From assembly GCA_964252035.1 (NCBI GenBank), contig OZ176210.1: a stretch of DNA of 64,000 nucleotides; one strand, 5' to 3'. This DNA comes from Podarcis erhardii (Eukaryota). Position numbers and translations under genes: made by a program. This document shows, one piece after another, positions 13,092 to 24,978 of this stretch; the stretch's first letter is position 1; each line of letters begins with the position of its first letter. The notes below the pieces were generated by a model that worked only from the letters and a program-made list of their open reading frames with translations, was not told the DNA's origin and did no database searches.

Positions 13092-14146
13092 GTTCAAATG
13101 GAGCCTCATTCCAAACCCTTGTTATTTTTTATTTTATTTTTAAGTATTGGGGATGTCTCCTGCCCTGAAGAACAGCCCTCACCTTTTGTACAGTCAGTGT
13201 CAGCGTAAATTACTGTGCCCACAAAAACATAATAATGGATAGCTATGCAGCCCAAAGAATATAGCCAAAAAGTGTGGCTATATTATGGCAATTGTGAAAC
13301 ATACATCTCCACTTGCATTGTCTTTTAGGCACCTAATTTTCATCTGCTAATATTGAAGTAAAATTTTCAAATGAAGGAGACTGTCTTAATCTCCATGTAA
13401 TTATTTAACTTTCTGTCACCTGTGCTTTTGAACAATTGTGACTCTGCCACCTATACAATGATAAGCTAATAAATCCTTGTGATTGTTATAAATTTAACAC
13501 ATAAGAGTAATCTGGCCAAATTGGCTGCTGACAGCTGCAATATATTTCCGGGAATGAGTGCTGTCGGTGAACAAGTTGTTTCAGCGAGCATACAGGATAA
13601 GTAAAATCCCATGTTGTGTAATTTTATTCTCTTGGAGTTATTTACAGTGCCATACTGCAGGATTTATAGTGTTGTTTATTAGTAGGAAGCCATGCATGTT
13701 TATCTTCAAAATGACATTGATTTTTGCTCATATTTTTATGTCGAGGAATTACTGGTGACTGATTCATTTTCATTTTCTGTGAGTCATCACTGTCCATTCT
13801 CAATAGCTGGGAGCTCTCTCTGCATTTTGGCAAAATGTGTGACACATTCGTATTGTGTGTGGCGGGGTGTGTGTGTGTGAGGTGAAATAATCACAGACCA
13901 CCATTAAATTTAACTGGTTTAGAAGTGTATTTCTATTTGAACAAGGTCTTGCATCATTTTTGTCCGACTTAACCTACTGTAAAGGCTGTGGGAACCTATG
14001 CTGAAATAAGATTAATCACCCCATTTCCCCCTGCACTGTACATACTCTGTTGTTACGGTTTTACTACAGTACCATTTTCAGAGCAGAGGCTTTTGGCACA
14101 CACATGAATGGAGTAAGAAAGGTGGCTGTTTCATATGAATTATCTC

Positions 14147-14221
14147 ACAATTGTTCAATAACAATTGTTATTGAACAATTGTTCAATAATTGTTTAAGGT
14201 ATTGTTGTTCAATACCTTAAA
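14147..14221. repeat. Perfect 36-bp palindrome (14147-14182) plus a 12-bp-arm hairpin (14193-14221)
   Basis: acaattgt-tcaata-acaattgt-tattga-acaattgt is its own reverse complement; then tttaaggtattg-ttgtt-caataccttaaa. Confidence 0.95.
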
Positions 14222-16221
14222 ATGAGCCTTGAGCATTGCTGCACCAGGGCTCGCCCCCCCCCCATTTGTTTGATGTTACAGGTGTTTTCCGCTTAGGATC
14301 AGTGATTACTCCAGCTGAGTGGGGCAACCACTTATAGAAGGCAGGTGACAGACCTGTTCTATGTTCTGAATATATGCAAGTATTCTTTCAGGTTTTTTCT
14401 GGACAATTAAACAAGCAGATATTTGTTGCTAAGAATACATACTAAAGACAAAAATTCACTTGCTCTTAGTGCTCTGCTGTTTTGAAATGTGCCTTTGAAT
14501 CTATCCAAGAAAATAAATATGGCTGTTGGGAACTTCGGTGAACCCGTCCTCTCTTTGCCCAGGTGTGTCCTACCTATGTTCAGCAATGGGTAAAAGACTG
14601 ATCCTTGATATTTATTCACAAACCCCTTCCTATAGAAATTTTAGTGTGAAAAGAAACTTGTGTGTATGTGTGCAAGTAGAAATGCATAAGCACGCCAAAT
14701 GGTCCATGTACAGGCTTCACTGCATATAAATGTTTTTTTATGCCAGGCAGGGCAGCCAATCAAAGTGTCATCAATTTCAGAATATTTAAGAATATAATTT
14801 TTTTTAAAAAAATTAATTCAATGATATGCTGCACATGAGCACTTACCAGTTAATCTCCCTTGAAAAATAATGTTTGGCTTCAGCCTGGTAGAGAAAATGT
14901 GCAAAGTTTCACCATATATGCTGTAAAAAAGACACATGACCATGTCATCGATTCCTTATTTTAATAGATTTGGGTTTTTTTCCTGTTGAACTGTATTTGA
15001 TGTGCTATTCAGGTGGATCGGTGCATATAAACACTTGGCTATGATTCTGAGTTGTGGAGGCTATGCTGTACTGTGTTTATATTATACATTTATTCTATGC
15101 TTCATGTTAATGGAAGTTCATTGTTCTTCCAGGCTTTTATGTTAGTTTTTAATATTCAGGGTTTCTATTATGTCTGCTTTGTTTAAGGATAGGATGGTCC
15201 TGTGCTGATTTGTCTGGCATGTTTTCTATTCGCCTCCTCCTCTCCAGCTGTACTAAGGCACTCCCAGTTAAATATACTACAAGTAGGTGTCCCAAATTGC
15301 CCTTGACCTTATTCTGTAAAATAACTAGCAGAGTGATTAATCCATTGCTGGTGTCCGGACATCTTTTCTGATTAACAAGAAGAGCCTACCTTGTTTACAT
15401 GCTTGCAGCTGAAAACAACTTGCCTTTCAGAGGGAAGTTTAGAGATGGGAAAATCTGTTCATTTTGGTTTCTCTCTCTTTTTTCCCTACGCTTAAGTTCA
15501 GTTCCGAATCAGTTGGTGTTTTTATATCATTGTTATGAACTTTCTGTAGCCTTTTAGTGCATTTAGTGCATATTATTAGTCTCATAATATATACATCTTT
15601 GTATGCACTTTTGTCTAATGTACACATTTTTGCAATATGTAAAATAGTTTTGTCTGTTATGTTACCAACAGATGCATTTTTTTATGGGCAGTCTACTCCA
15701 ATATGCATTTTTGTATATGTTACTTTGCTGAAGAATTTCAGCGACTGTTTCAGTTCTCATATTGTTTCAAAAAGTGTGGGTTAAAAGGTTCACCTGAAAT
15801 GCAAACTGAATAAACTTTCTCCACCATTCGTATCCGCAAGCCGTTCAAACAGTTAAACCTTATTTGGTAATGCGGATGGGAGAGTTTCTCTTGGTTTGAT
15901 TTGGAACTAGGCTTGGGAAACCAAGCTACCATCACCAAAATAAAACTATCAGATAATTGCTTAGATTTCCAAATTCAGAGGCTTTTTGTGCTTCCGGTGC
16001 TGACACCCAGAGCACAAAAAGCTGTCTGTCCTTTTCCCTTCCATCTTCTTAGCTTTCTTCCTCCCTGCCCTAGCACCAGTAATGCTGCAACCCAAGGATA
16101 GATAGAGATGCACAACATTGGAATATGACCCAAGATTAAAATGGTACTTGGTTCAGAATACAGTAGAGCATTACAACTTAGATATCTATTTTGATGGATT
16201 TCGCTGACATCCCTAAGGAAT

Positions 16222-16380
16222 TTAAGACATTAGCTGAGTTGGTTAGAGTGTGAGGCTCATAATACCAAGGTTGCAGATTTGATCATTGTACAGGCCAGCT
16301 GCATATTCTTGCATTGCAGGGGGGTTGGGGGTTGGACTAGATGACCCTTAGGATCCCCTCCAATTCTATTATTCTGTTAT
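16222..16380 (+). mobile_element. SINE with tRNA-derived head and CR1-like 3' tail
   Basis: A-box-like tagctgagttggttagag, degenerate B-box, and tail ggactagatgaccc..ccaattctattattctg resembling the CR1 (ATTCTRTG)n end. Confidence 0.75.
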
Positions 16381-16666
16381 TTGGGTAAGAAAGGCGCAAT
16401 ATTTCAGTACTAGCATTGTGCCTTTTGAGCGTTTTTCGCTTCAAAAGCAGCTATATAATTTAGTGTATTTATATATAAGGAAGAAGAAGTTGTGTTGTCT
16501 GTCTTATGATGGAATGAGTTGAACAGCAAAAGAACAGGGTCTTGAAATACTGCCTTCTAAACCCCGGGACGGCTGCCTTTGTTTGTGTTTTGCATAGCCG
16601 AGTGCGTGTCATTCCACACTGCTCTTGCGAAGGAAGCCACATGCTAATCAAAACATTTGTTTCTAG

Positions 16667-16853
16667 GTGCCAGGTTGACCTGTCGACCCTGAGCAAAGAG
16701 CAAACTCATAAGCTGGAGTTGCCTCTGGAGGAAGGGGAAGGCTTTCTGGTACTGCTGGTCACCTTGACTGCCTCAGCTGCAGTCAGCATCGCTGACCTCC
16801 CAATCAATGCCCTGGAGGACCTAAAGGAACAGGAAGAAATACTAAAGAGATAT
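16667..16853 (+). CDS. MCTP1: MCTP1 coding exon (R)CQVDLSTLSKEQTHKLELPLEEGEGFLVLLVTLTASAAVSIADLPINALEDLKEQEEILKRY (end of C2B plus linker), 187 nt, phase 2/0
   Basis: Acceptor tttgtttctag, donor GTATGT at 16854. The phase matches the previous exon (AG+G = Arg). Confidence 0.97.
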
Positions 16854-18943
16854 GTATGTAGTGCCTCTCTCTTGCTCTTGCTACGTATGATTGCAAATGT
16901 GAAAAACCATGAACTGTATATTCCACGATGAATGGGGGAAATGGCCTGTTACCCTTAAAAACCCACCCAAGCTGTTGCTTTTTCAGAATGTTTATTTAGT
17001 ACTACAGATTTATACTAGCCAAGTGAATATCTGCAAGTAATGCTGTTTATAATATCCCAGTGCATTACCCTAAAAATTATTCTGTTGGTTCTTGCCAATT
17101 AGTTTTTGTTCAGTGCTTTTCAGTTCCAGTCAGTTTACTTCGCTGCTGTTCTTAAATGAAAATTTTGTGCCATAATTAAAAAGTTATTCCACTGATTACC
17201 CCCCCAACAGTAAGTCAGATAGCTTTAAGAGTCCAATAAATAAATGGACCAACTTTGCTATTGTTTGGAGAGTGTTATGATAGGTTTTTCCTTCGTTAAT
17301 GCATAAGAATGGTGGTATGACCCTGTGTAAAAATAATTGTGCTAAATTTTAAAATTGTGCTCAGATATTTTGAAAACAAATATTTCCCAGCATCCTCATA
17401 GCATGTCGGCTTCTGTGTAGTTTTGGTAAAGCAACAGCAAGGGGAGCTCTTACTCCAGCATTTATGAATACTGAACTCACTAAAACTGACTTACTAGACA
17501 CAAAGAATAAAGAAGAAAGCTATTTTCACCTAAAATTACAAAGCTTTTATTGTACAGTGCTGCCAGGTGTTTAGAGGGCTTCTCTAGACACTCTGCCATT
17601 AAACCCAAGCTCTGACTAACAAAGGGCTGTTTAATTTTTTTTTTATTTTAAAATATTCCTATTCCCTTGCTGACATCCTTTCAATAACTGAATTTAATAA
17701 AGATGTACCTTATCAGGCTCTGCAGATAACATGAAGTGCTAGTACTAATGCTGTACAATATTCTTCAAACAGATTAGCAGGATGTGCGCTTCAGCAAATT
17801 TATTCTACCTATCTGCACTGAATCAGCTGTCTGCTGATGCTTGTACAAATCATACACCAATAGTGTTATCATAAACACAGTTTAATAGAGGTGACTTAGC
17901 AAGGCTAAACATTATATTTCCTAAACCAACTGAGAGCTAAGATACAGTGTACTATGCCTGAAAACTAATAATTACGAGTATTATTTCAGATTTTGGTATC
18001 GACCAAGACAGACTGGTCTGTCAGACTACATCTTAATAGATATAATGCATTTCTGATGGATTAATTGCAGTGATACACATTTTGATACCAAGTAGTGAGA
18101 ATAATATTTTTTCTCCATTATAGGTTAATGTGAAACAAGTGATACTGACGATACTGATAATTTTATAACACCACAGAAATATTGTCATATATTTCACAAC
18201 TTTTTTGAACCTTGAGCCATTTTTTTTACCCCCAGAATTGTGTCTCTAGTGTTGTTGGTATAAAAACAGGATTGTATTCTGTAAAAAAGAAAAAGAAAAA
18301 AGCCTGGCCTGTCAATTTATCACATTGGTTATTTCAGGCATTGTTATGTTTACTTACAAACTTAACTACCCTTTTCCCTAACATGACCCATACATACATA
18401 GCTTCAGAAAGACAAATTAAAGAACACAGTATTGCACAGTATTTGTGGAACTCTTGCCATTTCTATATGTTGTCACCTGTTTTATTTCCAGCGTTCATGC
18501 TGCCACCCTTTTAGGGAATATACAGTGAACTATTACTGTGCAGCTAGAAAGATTCAGGAATCCTTTTATCATCTTTATTTTATAGATTTTTTTAAGCTTT
18601 CCTAAAGAGACTTTTCCATTTTAAAATGTATTTTGTGTCTATTCTTGAGACAGAAACCAGTAAATGAGCTGACCTTGCCATCAGATCAAATAGCCTTGCA
18701 AAATGACTCTATTACTGTCATTTAACCATTTGTAGCTGAACATCAGAGCCCTGCAAATTAAACAGGCATTACTGTTTGAACCATTATTTTATCACTATTG
18801 TATGAAAAGCTTAATTCCTTTTGGGGTGGGGGGAAGGAGGGCCATAATGGGTAGCAGACCAAGAGAGAGATTGTATGACCTTTTCAGAACGGGTGTGCTG
18901 AACCCCTGCTCCCCCTTGTCACAGTTTAAAAACCAGAGAAGCT

Positions 18944-19155
18944 NNNNNNNNNNNNNNNNNNNNNNNNNNNNNNNNNNNNNNNNNNNNNNNNNNNNNNNNN
19001 NNNNNNNNNNNNNNNNNNNNNNNNNNNNNNNNNNNNNNNNNNNNNNNNNNNNNNNNNNNNNNNNNNNNNNNNNNNNNNNNNNNNNNNNNNNNNNNNNNNN
19101 NNNNNNNNNNNNNNNNNNNNNNNNNNNNNNNNNNNNNNNNNNNNNNNNNNNNNNN
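18944..19155. other. Assembly gap (212 N)
   Basis: Run of N, in the intron between exons ending 16853 and starting 21282. Confidence 1.
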
Positions 19156-21281
19156 CGTCATGGTGACAAGCTGTCAATCAGTACTGGCCCCTCAGTGTAT
19201 CTCAATGCCATAGGATGGGGTATTGGTTCTCCCATAATAGAGCTGAACTGAGATGCTCTCCCTGACAGCTGCTGCAGCCATACAGAAAATATATTATACA
19301 GCCTTTCATTAAAAAAATAAAGAGGACTCATCTCCAGAGCATTTCAATCTTTTTCCATCTATTGAGGGCTGAAAGGATTCACAGCAAATCATAAGATTTC
19401 ACTGCTATGGAAATTTCAGGCCTTCGATACCATCCAGGTTTTGAAGCCTTCAATAATAATCATAAATAAGAAGGCTGACAATCGGCTGATAAATCATTAC
19501 TTTAAGTTGCATGTTTAAAGTAATGTATTAAAGTAATTTGCTTTTCACAAAATCCTACAATAATATTCTATGGTATGTCACTGGCCCAGATTGTCAGAAT
19601 GTGCAGTAAATTGCTCCAAATCAGCTGACTAGCTGAATCTAAGTTCAAACTATAATTACCCCATAGAGCCCTGACAAATAGTACCCAGTGAAATACTGCA
19701 ATCTCCCCCCCCCCCCGCCCCCCGTGTGTGGGTAATGTGAGTGCAGGTGGAACAAAATTGAATTTGTGCTTTTGCTTTTATCTTGTAGGAAATGTGAGAT
19801 AAATATAGTTTCAAAACCTACAGAACAAACATGTAATTTCCACATGCCTGCCACCCTTGTTCTACATATGTGAGAACTGGAAAATATCTGAATTTAGATA
19901 CAAGCTTGACAAAAAAAGCCCGCCAAACCTTCTTGTAACAAATGACACGCTAAACAGAAAAGCATCTGTATTCTGATGCTATCTGTAACATAACTTTCAG
20001 AATCAGGCAGTTTGGAATCCTATAAACAGTGTTTGTTTAGCTTTGGTCCTATGATTATACACAATTCTGATGATAGACAAATGTTTTCAAAAAATTGTAA
20101 TAAATGGGCATGTGTTTCCATAGAAAGCAATAGATATAAATGCATTTATATGTGAAAATTGATGTGCCATATAACTGCAGCACTTCGGCTCAGTATGCCA
20201 AGGTCAGACCTTCTCTGTACGCAATAAGCGTCTTAGGGGATTTATATTGTGGGCTTTGTGTCTGACTCTTATTGGTAAAAATGTTTGTCTAACACTTTAA
20301 TAGTTGATATTTCAAGCAGAAAATATTCCTTTTTTTCTTGAGCAGTATACCACTAATGATTATCCATTAAGCAGCAACATAGTAGAAAGGAAAAGTAATG
20401 TCTACTTCTATTAAATCCAACTTTGCTTTAAGTTGTCACATTAAAACATATAGAAATCCTGTTTATTCTTGATATATCCGGCTTGGGTTTTATATATACA
20501 TAATAAACATATATGCACACAAGTCTTGTTTTGGGAAAAAATAAAAGTTTGTTATAAAACATGATGTTGTTTTTGGAAGAATGATCAGCTATTATATAGT
20601 TTTCTTTATCTAATATATAGTTTTATCCAAAAACTGTATGAGAAATTAAAGTGCACAAAATTTATGATACTTTTTTTGAAAAAGTTGCTCTTTTTTCTCC
20701 CTATGTCTATTTATAGGTTAAATACAAGTTGTTGAATGCATTAGTGATTTTTTTGCCAAGAGATATGGAAGCTGTTGTGAAGGGACCTGCTTTCTCTAGC
20801 TGTATAAAGATAGCTCTAGTCTTGTTTAAGGTATCCCCTAAAACCAGCAGACATTTGCCATTTAAACACAGGCTTCTGAACTGCATCTCTAGAATTGGAT
20901 ATACCTCTGTCTTAGGGTATACAGAAATATCTTTTGATGCGTTGTGACTTGGGGCATTCTCTTTCAGCATCATTTTGGTGCACTATTTATTACAATTAAA
21001 TATTGATATATTCAGAATAAATAATGCACTAACATGAAGCTGAAAGATGAGCGCTGTGGTTTAGATCTTTTAAAATCAAATACTGGGAATGGAAATAGAT
21101 ATTTCCTACACTGAGTGGAACCTATACAGTACTGAAAACACATAGTTGATTTCCAAGAATAAGATTTAAGAATAATCAAACAACCATTATAAAATGTGAT
21201 AGAAGACGGAATTGCATTTGCCTGTTTCCCCTCCCTTTGCAAGCTCTTCCTAACTTCATAGTTTTTTTGTGTGTGTTCTAG

Positions 21282-21375
21282 AGTCTAGTGCGGATGTTTC
21301 ATAACATGAAGGATGTGGGATTTCTCCAGGTGAAGGTTATCAGAGCAGAAGGTTTGATGGCAGCTGACGTTACAG
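21282..21375 (+). CDS. MCTP1: MCTP1 coding exon [31 protein letters not shown](G) (start of C2C), 94 nt, phase 0/1, followed by a GC donor
   Basis: Acceptor gtgtgttctag. Frame and homology require the junction ACAG|GCAAGA at 21375/21376, since G+GT gives the Gly of GKSDPF. Confidence 0.93.
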
Positions 21376-22492
21376 GCAAGAACTACTTCAATTTTTGTGG
21401 TGATAGTTATCCTATTGAAGCATTTCTGGTTTATAGGCTTTTTCAAAACTAGCACTCCCAACAGGGTAGAAAACTTAAGTTTGCTAGGATCTTTGCAAAT
21501 GAACTCTATCTTCTCATATTTGTGTTTGTGTGCAAATTTGTTTCAGCTACTTAATGCTTTCCCAAACCGTATGTGAATTGAAACAGTCATCATTTGAAAT
21601 ATGCATGTCTTTGAGTTTTTGAATGTAGTTAAATGTGTACATATACTAGGGTAAAGCGTGCATATAAATGCATATATTAGTGAAAATAACATAAACCACC
21701 TTTTATTAGGGGAATTTGCTTTACAAAAATGTGTGTTTTAGAATAAATTTCTGGTGAATTTCCGTGAGCACCTTTAATTAAAAAATTGCAAACTAACGTG
21801 GAAACTGAATTTAAGATTAGAAAATTGAGAGATCAAAATTAACATATTTGCCCATCCTTAGTTTGGACTTTGTACAGCTCAGAACCTTACTGAAAATAGT
21901 AATGGAAAAAGATTTTAATGAAACAATGCATCACAGCCCCTCCAAAAGGTTTCGTGTTGTTAAGCTTCATTCCCAGTGGGCTACAGCAGATACAGAATAG
22001 TAAAACAAAATGGAGTCCAGTATTTTGCAAGATAAAATTCACTTGTTCATGGCAGGGCAAGTTCATATGTTAGTCAAAAACAGTATTTTAAAAAATTGTA
22101 AAGCAGAGGAGGGCTTAAAATACAGCTTCAGAATAGTATGTTTCTGATGGATGTTCCTCTGAAAATGTAGGATATTTGCATCAGCACTCTGGATAGCATC
22201 ATCATGCCTGTTGCCATATTTATTTATTTTATTTTATTACATTTCTCTGCCTCCTTTCTTCAAGGTGGCACATGTGGAGTTCTCTGGTGGTTTCTCATCT
22301 GTGTTGACAAGACACAGACCTGTTTGGGTTCTGCAGGATTGCTGAATCGTAAATCTTCTTATGAAGTTGCAAGCATCATGTATCTTTACATTTGTCCAGA
22401 GATATACCTACTTGCCAAAATTTTTAGCACACATTTTCTTCATGGGCCTTCTTTAGTGGTTTAACAGCTGATTCCACATCTACATACCCATT

Positions 22493-22512
22493 GGATGGAT
22501 GGATGGATGGAT
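22493..22512. repeat. Microsatellite (GGAT)5
   Basis: Read directly. Confidence 0.95.
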
Positions 22513-24561
22513 TTATGGCACCTTTCTGCCAAGGCAGTCTGCAGTTTTAAAATACTAAAAACAAATTGACTTGAGCAGGCCTTGAAGTTGTCGTTGTCTC
22601 CTTCCCACAATGTTCATTGGTTGTATGGCAGTGGGGAAAGTCTGCCAGGAGGAGTAAGCTTTGGGGGTTGCCTTTGTCTGCCTGCATCCTCACAGGGTAG
22701 ATTGTGTCTATTGCCCCTTCTTGGGCTGAGAATGTAATGATAGTAATATCATAATTAGTTATTTATGGCTTTACGTTTTAAGATTTGTTGCAGTCAACTG
22801 TAAGTTAGGTTAAGGGCTTTCTGGTGCAGAAAGGTAGGTAGAAATATTGCATGTGATGGTGGAAGCAGGTGGTCTTCCATTACTGAGTCAAGTGGAGGTT
22901 AGTCTGTTGCAGTTGCCTGCTTCTTCACTGATGGGATCTTGCCCATTTCGAGGATGAGCAGTGGGATTCCCCCCCCCCCAAAAAAATCTGTGTGATTCTC
23001 TATGCAGTACATTACAAGGTGTATTTCTGCATGCTGGGCAGCTCTTCTGTGTGTGCAGGAATCCCTAGCTTCTTCATGGTGTGTAGTATGAATTGTGTAT
23101 TTCTAAGTGTTTTGGTTTTAGCTAGGTTTGGTAATGGAATGGTCACATTGCTTTCCTTTTGTCTTTAGCGCCAATATGCAAAAATCATCCTTATGTAACT
23201 AAGCATTTTACATCACAAATGTAGAAACATTGGGGGTGCATACATAACCATTATAGCATGTGTTCTGCTAGCAGAATATCTTCCAGCTTGGTTATTTGAC
23301 AAATAACCTCCATACATCACCATACACAATAGAAATAGACAGAAAAATCATATTTCAAGATGCAGCATTTTTTTCTTCTCATATTTTGTTTTGTGTTCCA
23401 TAAAGCATTGAATTCCAAATTATCACATTTGGTATGAGGCAGAAAGCATCGGAAGGACCTTTCGTGTGCTTTCAAATTCAGGTTTGAATAATACTTGCAA
23501 TAAATTGATTATGTGTTAGTTTATGTTATTAGATTGGTTTCAATGCTTTATGTTTACACCTGCAAGTGTTGAGTCTTACACAGTTTTAATGCTTCATCTT
23601 ATATTGAGTATATTGGTAATGCTTCTATGCAAACAAGTATTGCATAGGCAATGGTGCTGTTTTGGTTCTGTTTCCAGTCTTTCTATACAAGTATTCCACA
23701 GACAAACATAAAAAGAGTATATGCAGAGGTGTACATAAATAAATGTTGACGCATGATAATAAATAATATAGTTGTATGTATGAAATAGGCTGCAGTTCTG
23801 TGATAACTTACATGGGAGTAAGTCTGGGTCAGTTCCTGGTTGGGAATTTCATGTATGCTGCCTTGAGTTCCATAATGGAAGAAAGACAGGATATAAAATG
23901 TAATAAATATATCGGAGGACCTTGCTTCCCAGTAAACATGTTTTTTACCAAATAATAATAATTTCAAGTTTTTCCAGTATTTAAGAGCCAAAATATTAAC
24001 CTACAAATTGCATAATTTTGCCTTGGGATAGACTATCATATTAAATGCCTGAAAATAAAAAGTAATGGCAAAGGTAACATTTGATTCGTTTTTGCTGAAT
24101 TCTAAAATATTCTCTCAGTAAGCAAAGAGGAGGATTTTAAAAGATATTTTATTAAGCTTTTTTTTTAGCAGGGGGAGAAGCATTTCAAAATGTACACTTT
24201 TGTCACAGTTGTATTTTCTAAATGAGTGAATAAAAAACACAAATTATAACTGAAATGGTCCAGTCTTCTCCTTTCCACAAAGCACACGCCCTTAGTTAGC
24301 TGAATATTACTAGAGCCAGTTGCTCCAGTTCACTGTTACTAAAATGTTGCTTTCAGTAGAAGAGTATTGGGTAGTGTGCTTAAATGTAATAGGCATATTT
24401 AAAAGATTCATTGACTAGTTACTCAGCATTAAACTACAACAATAAATTGAATTTTTAATCAAGTAATACAGACTTTCACAGTCTCCGTATGTGGATAAAG
24501 CTTTTAAGGGATTATAGGGGGTCATTATTTCATTTGGAAGAATGGCTGATGAGAATAAAAT

Positions 24562-24790
24562 GGCTCAAACTATGGCTTATCATGAACAAGCAAACTTGCA
24601 AGCTTCCGGTGCAAAGATAATGGATCCAGCAATCCTACCCTGGTTCTGCTTTAGCTGTGCTACCCACCATCAAGCTATGGTTTGGCTGAACCTGGTTCAT
24701 GGTTTGTCCAGATAAACCATGAGCTGTAACCAAGGTTTGTTCTTGGGTTACTCTTCATGGTTCAGGGGAAGCAAACCACAGGAACTTTGT
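24562..24790. mobile_element. Old palindromic interspersed repeat, same family as 36370-36802
   Basis: caaactatggcttatcatgaa resembles the terminus at 36370-36392 and the reverse complement of 36780-36802; shared internal cagataaaccatga..ttcttggg. Confidence 0.55.
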
Positions 24791-24923
24791 GAACTCTCAT
24801 GCAGTTACTAACAGCAAACCTTTAGCAGTGCAGTACCACAGTGTTTTGGAGTTGTGTTACAGTGAACATGGTGATTAAGGAAGATACAGGCTAACACATA
24901 TAAAAATTGGGGGTGGGTGACAG

Positions 24924-24978
24924 CAAAATTTCACAGAAGAGCTTACATGAAGGATGTAAGCTCCTCTGTGAAATTTTG
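24924..24978. repeat. Near-perfect 55-nt inverted repeat (25-bp arms, 1 mismatch, 5-nt loop)
   Basis: caaaatttcacagaagagcttacat-gaagg-atgtaagctcctctgtgaaattttg. Confidence 0.95.

Noticed and set aside
16231-16300. tRNA-like sequence
   Set aside because: Degenerate SINE head continuing into a CR1-type tail; it does not form a cloverleaf.
18802-19251. Long ORFs over the first N gap
   Set aside because: Artefacts of translating N as X.
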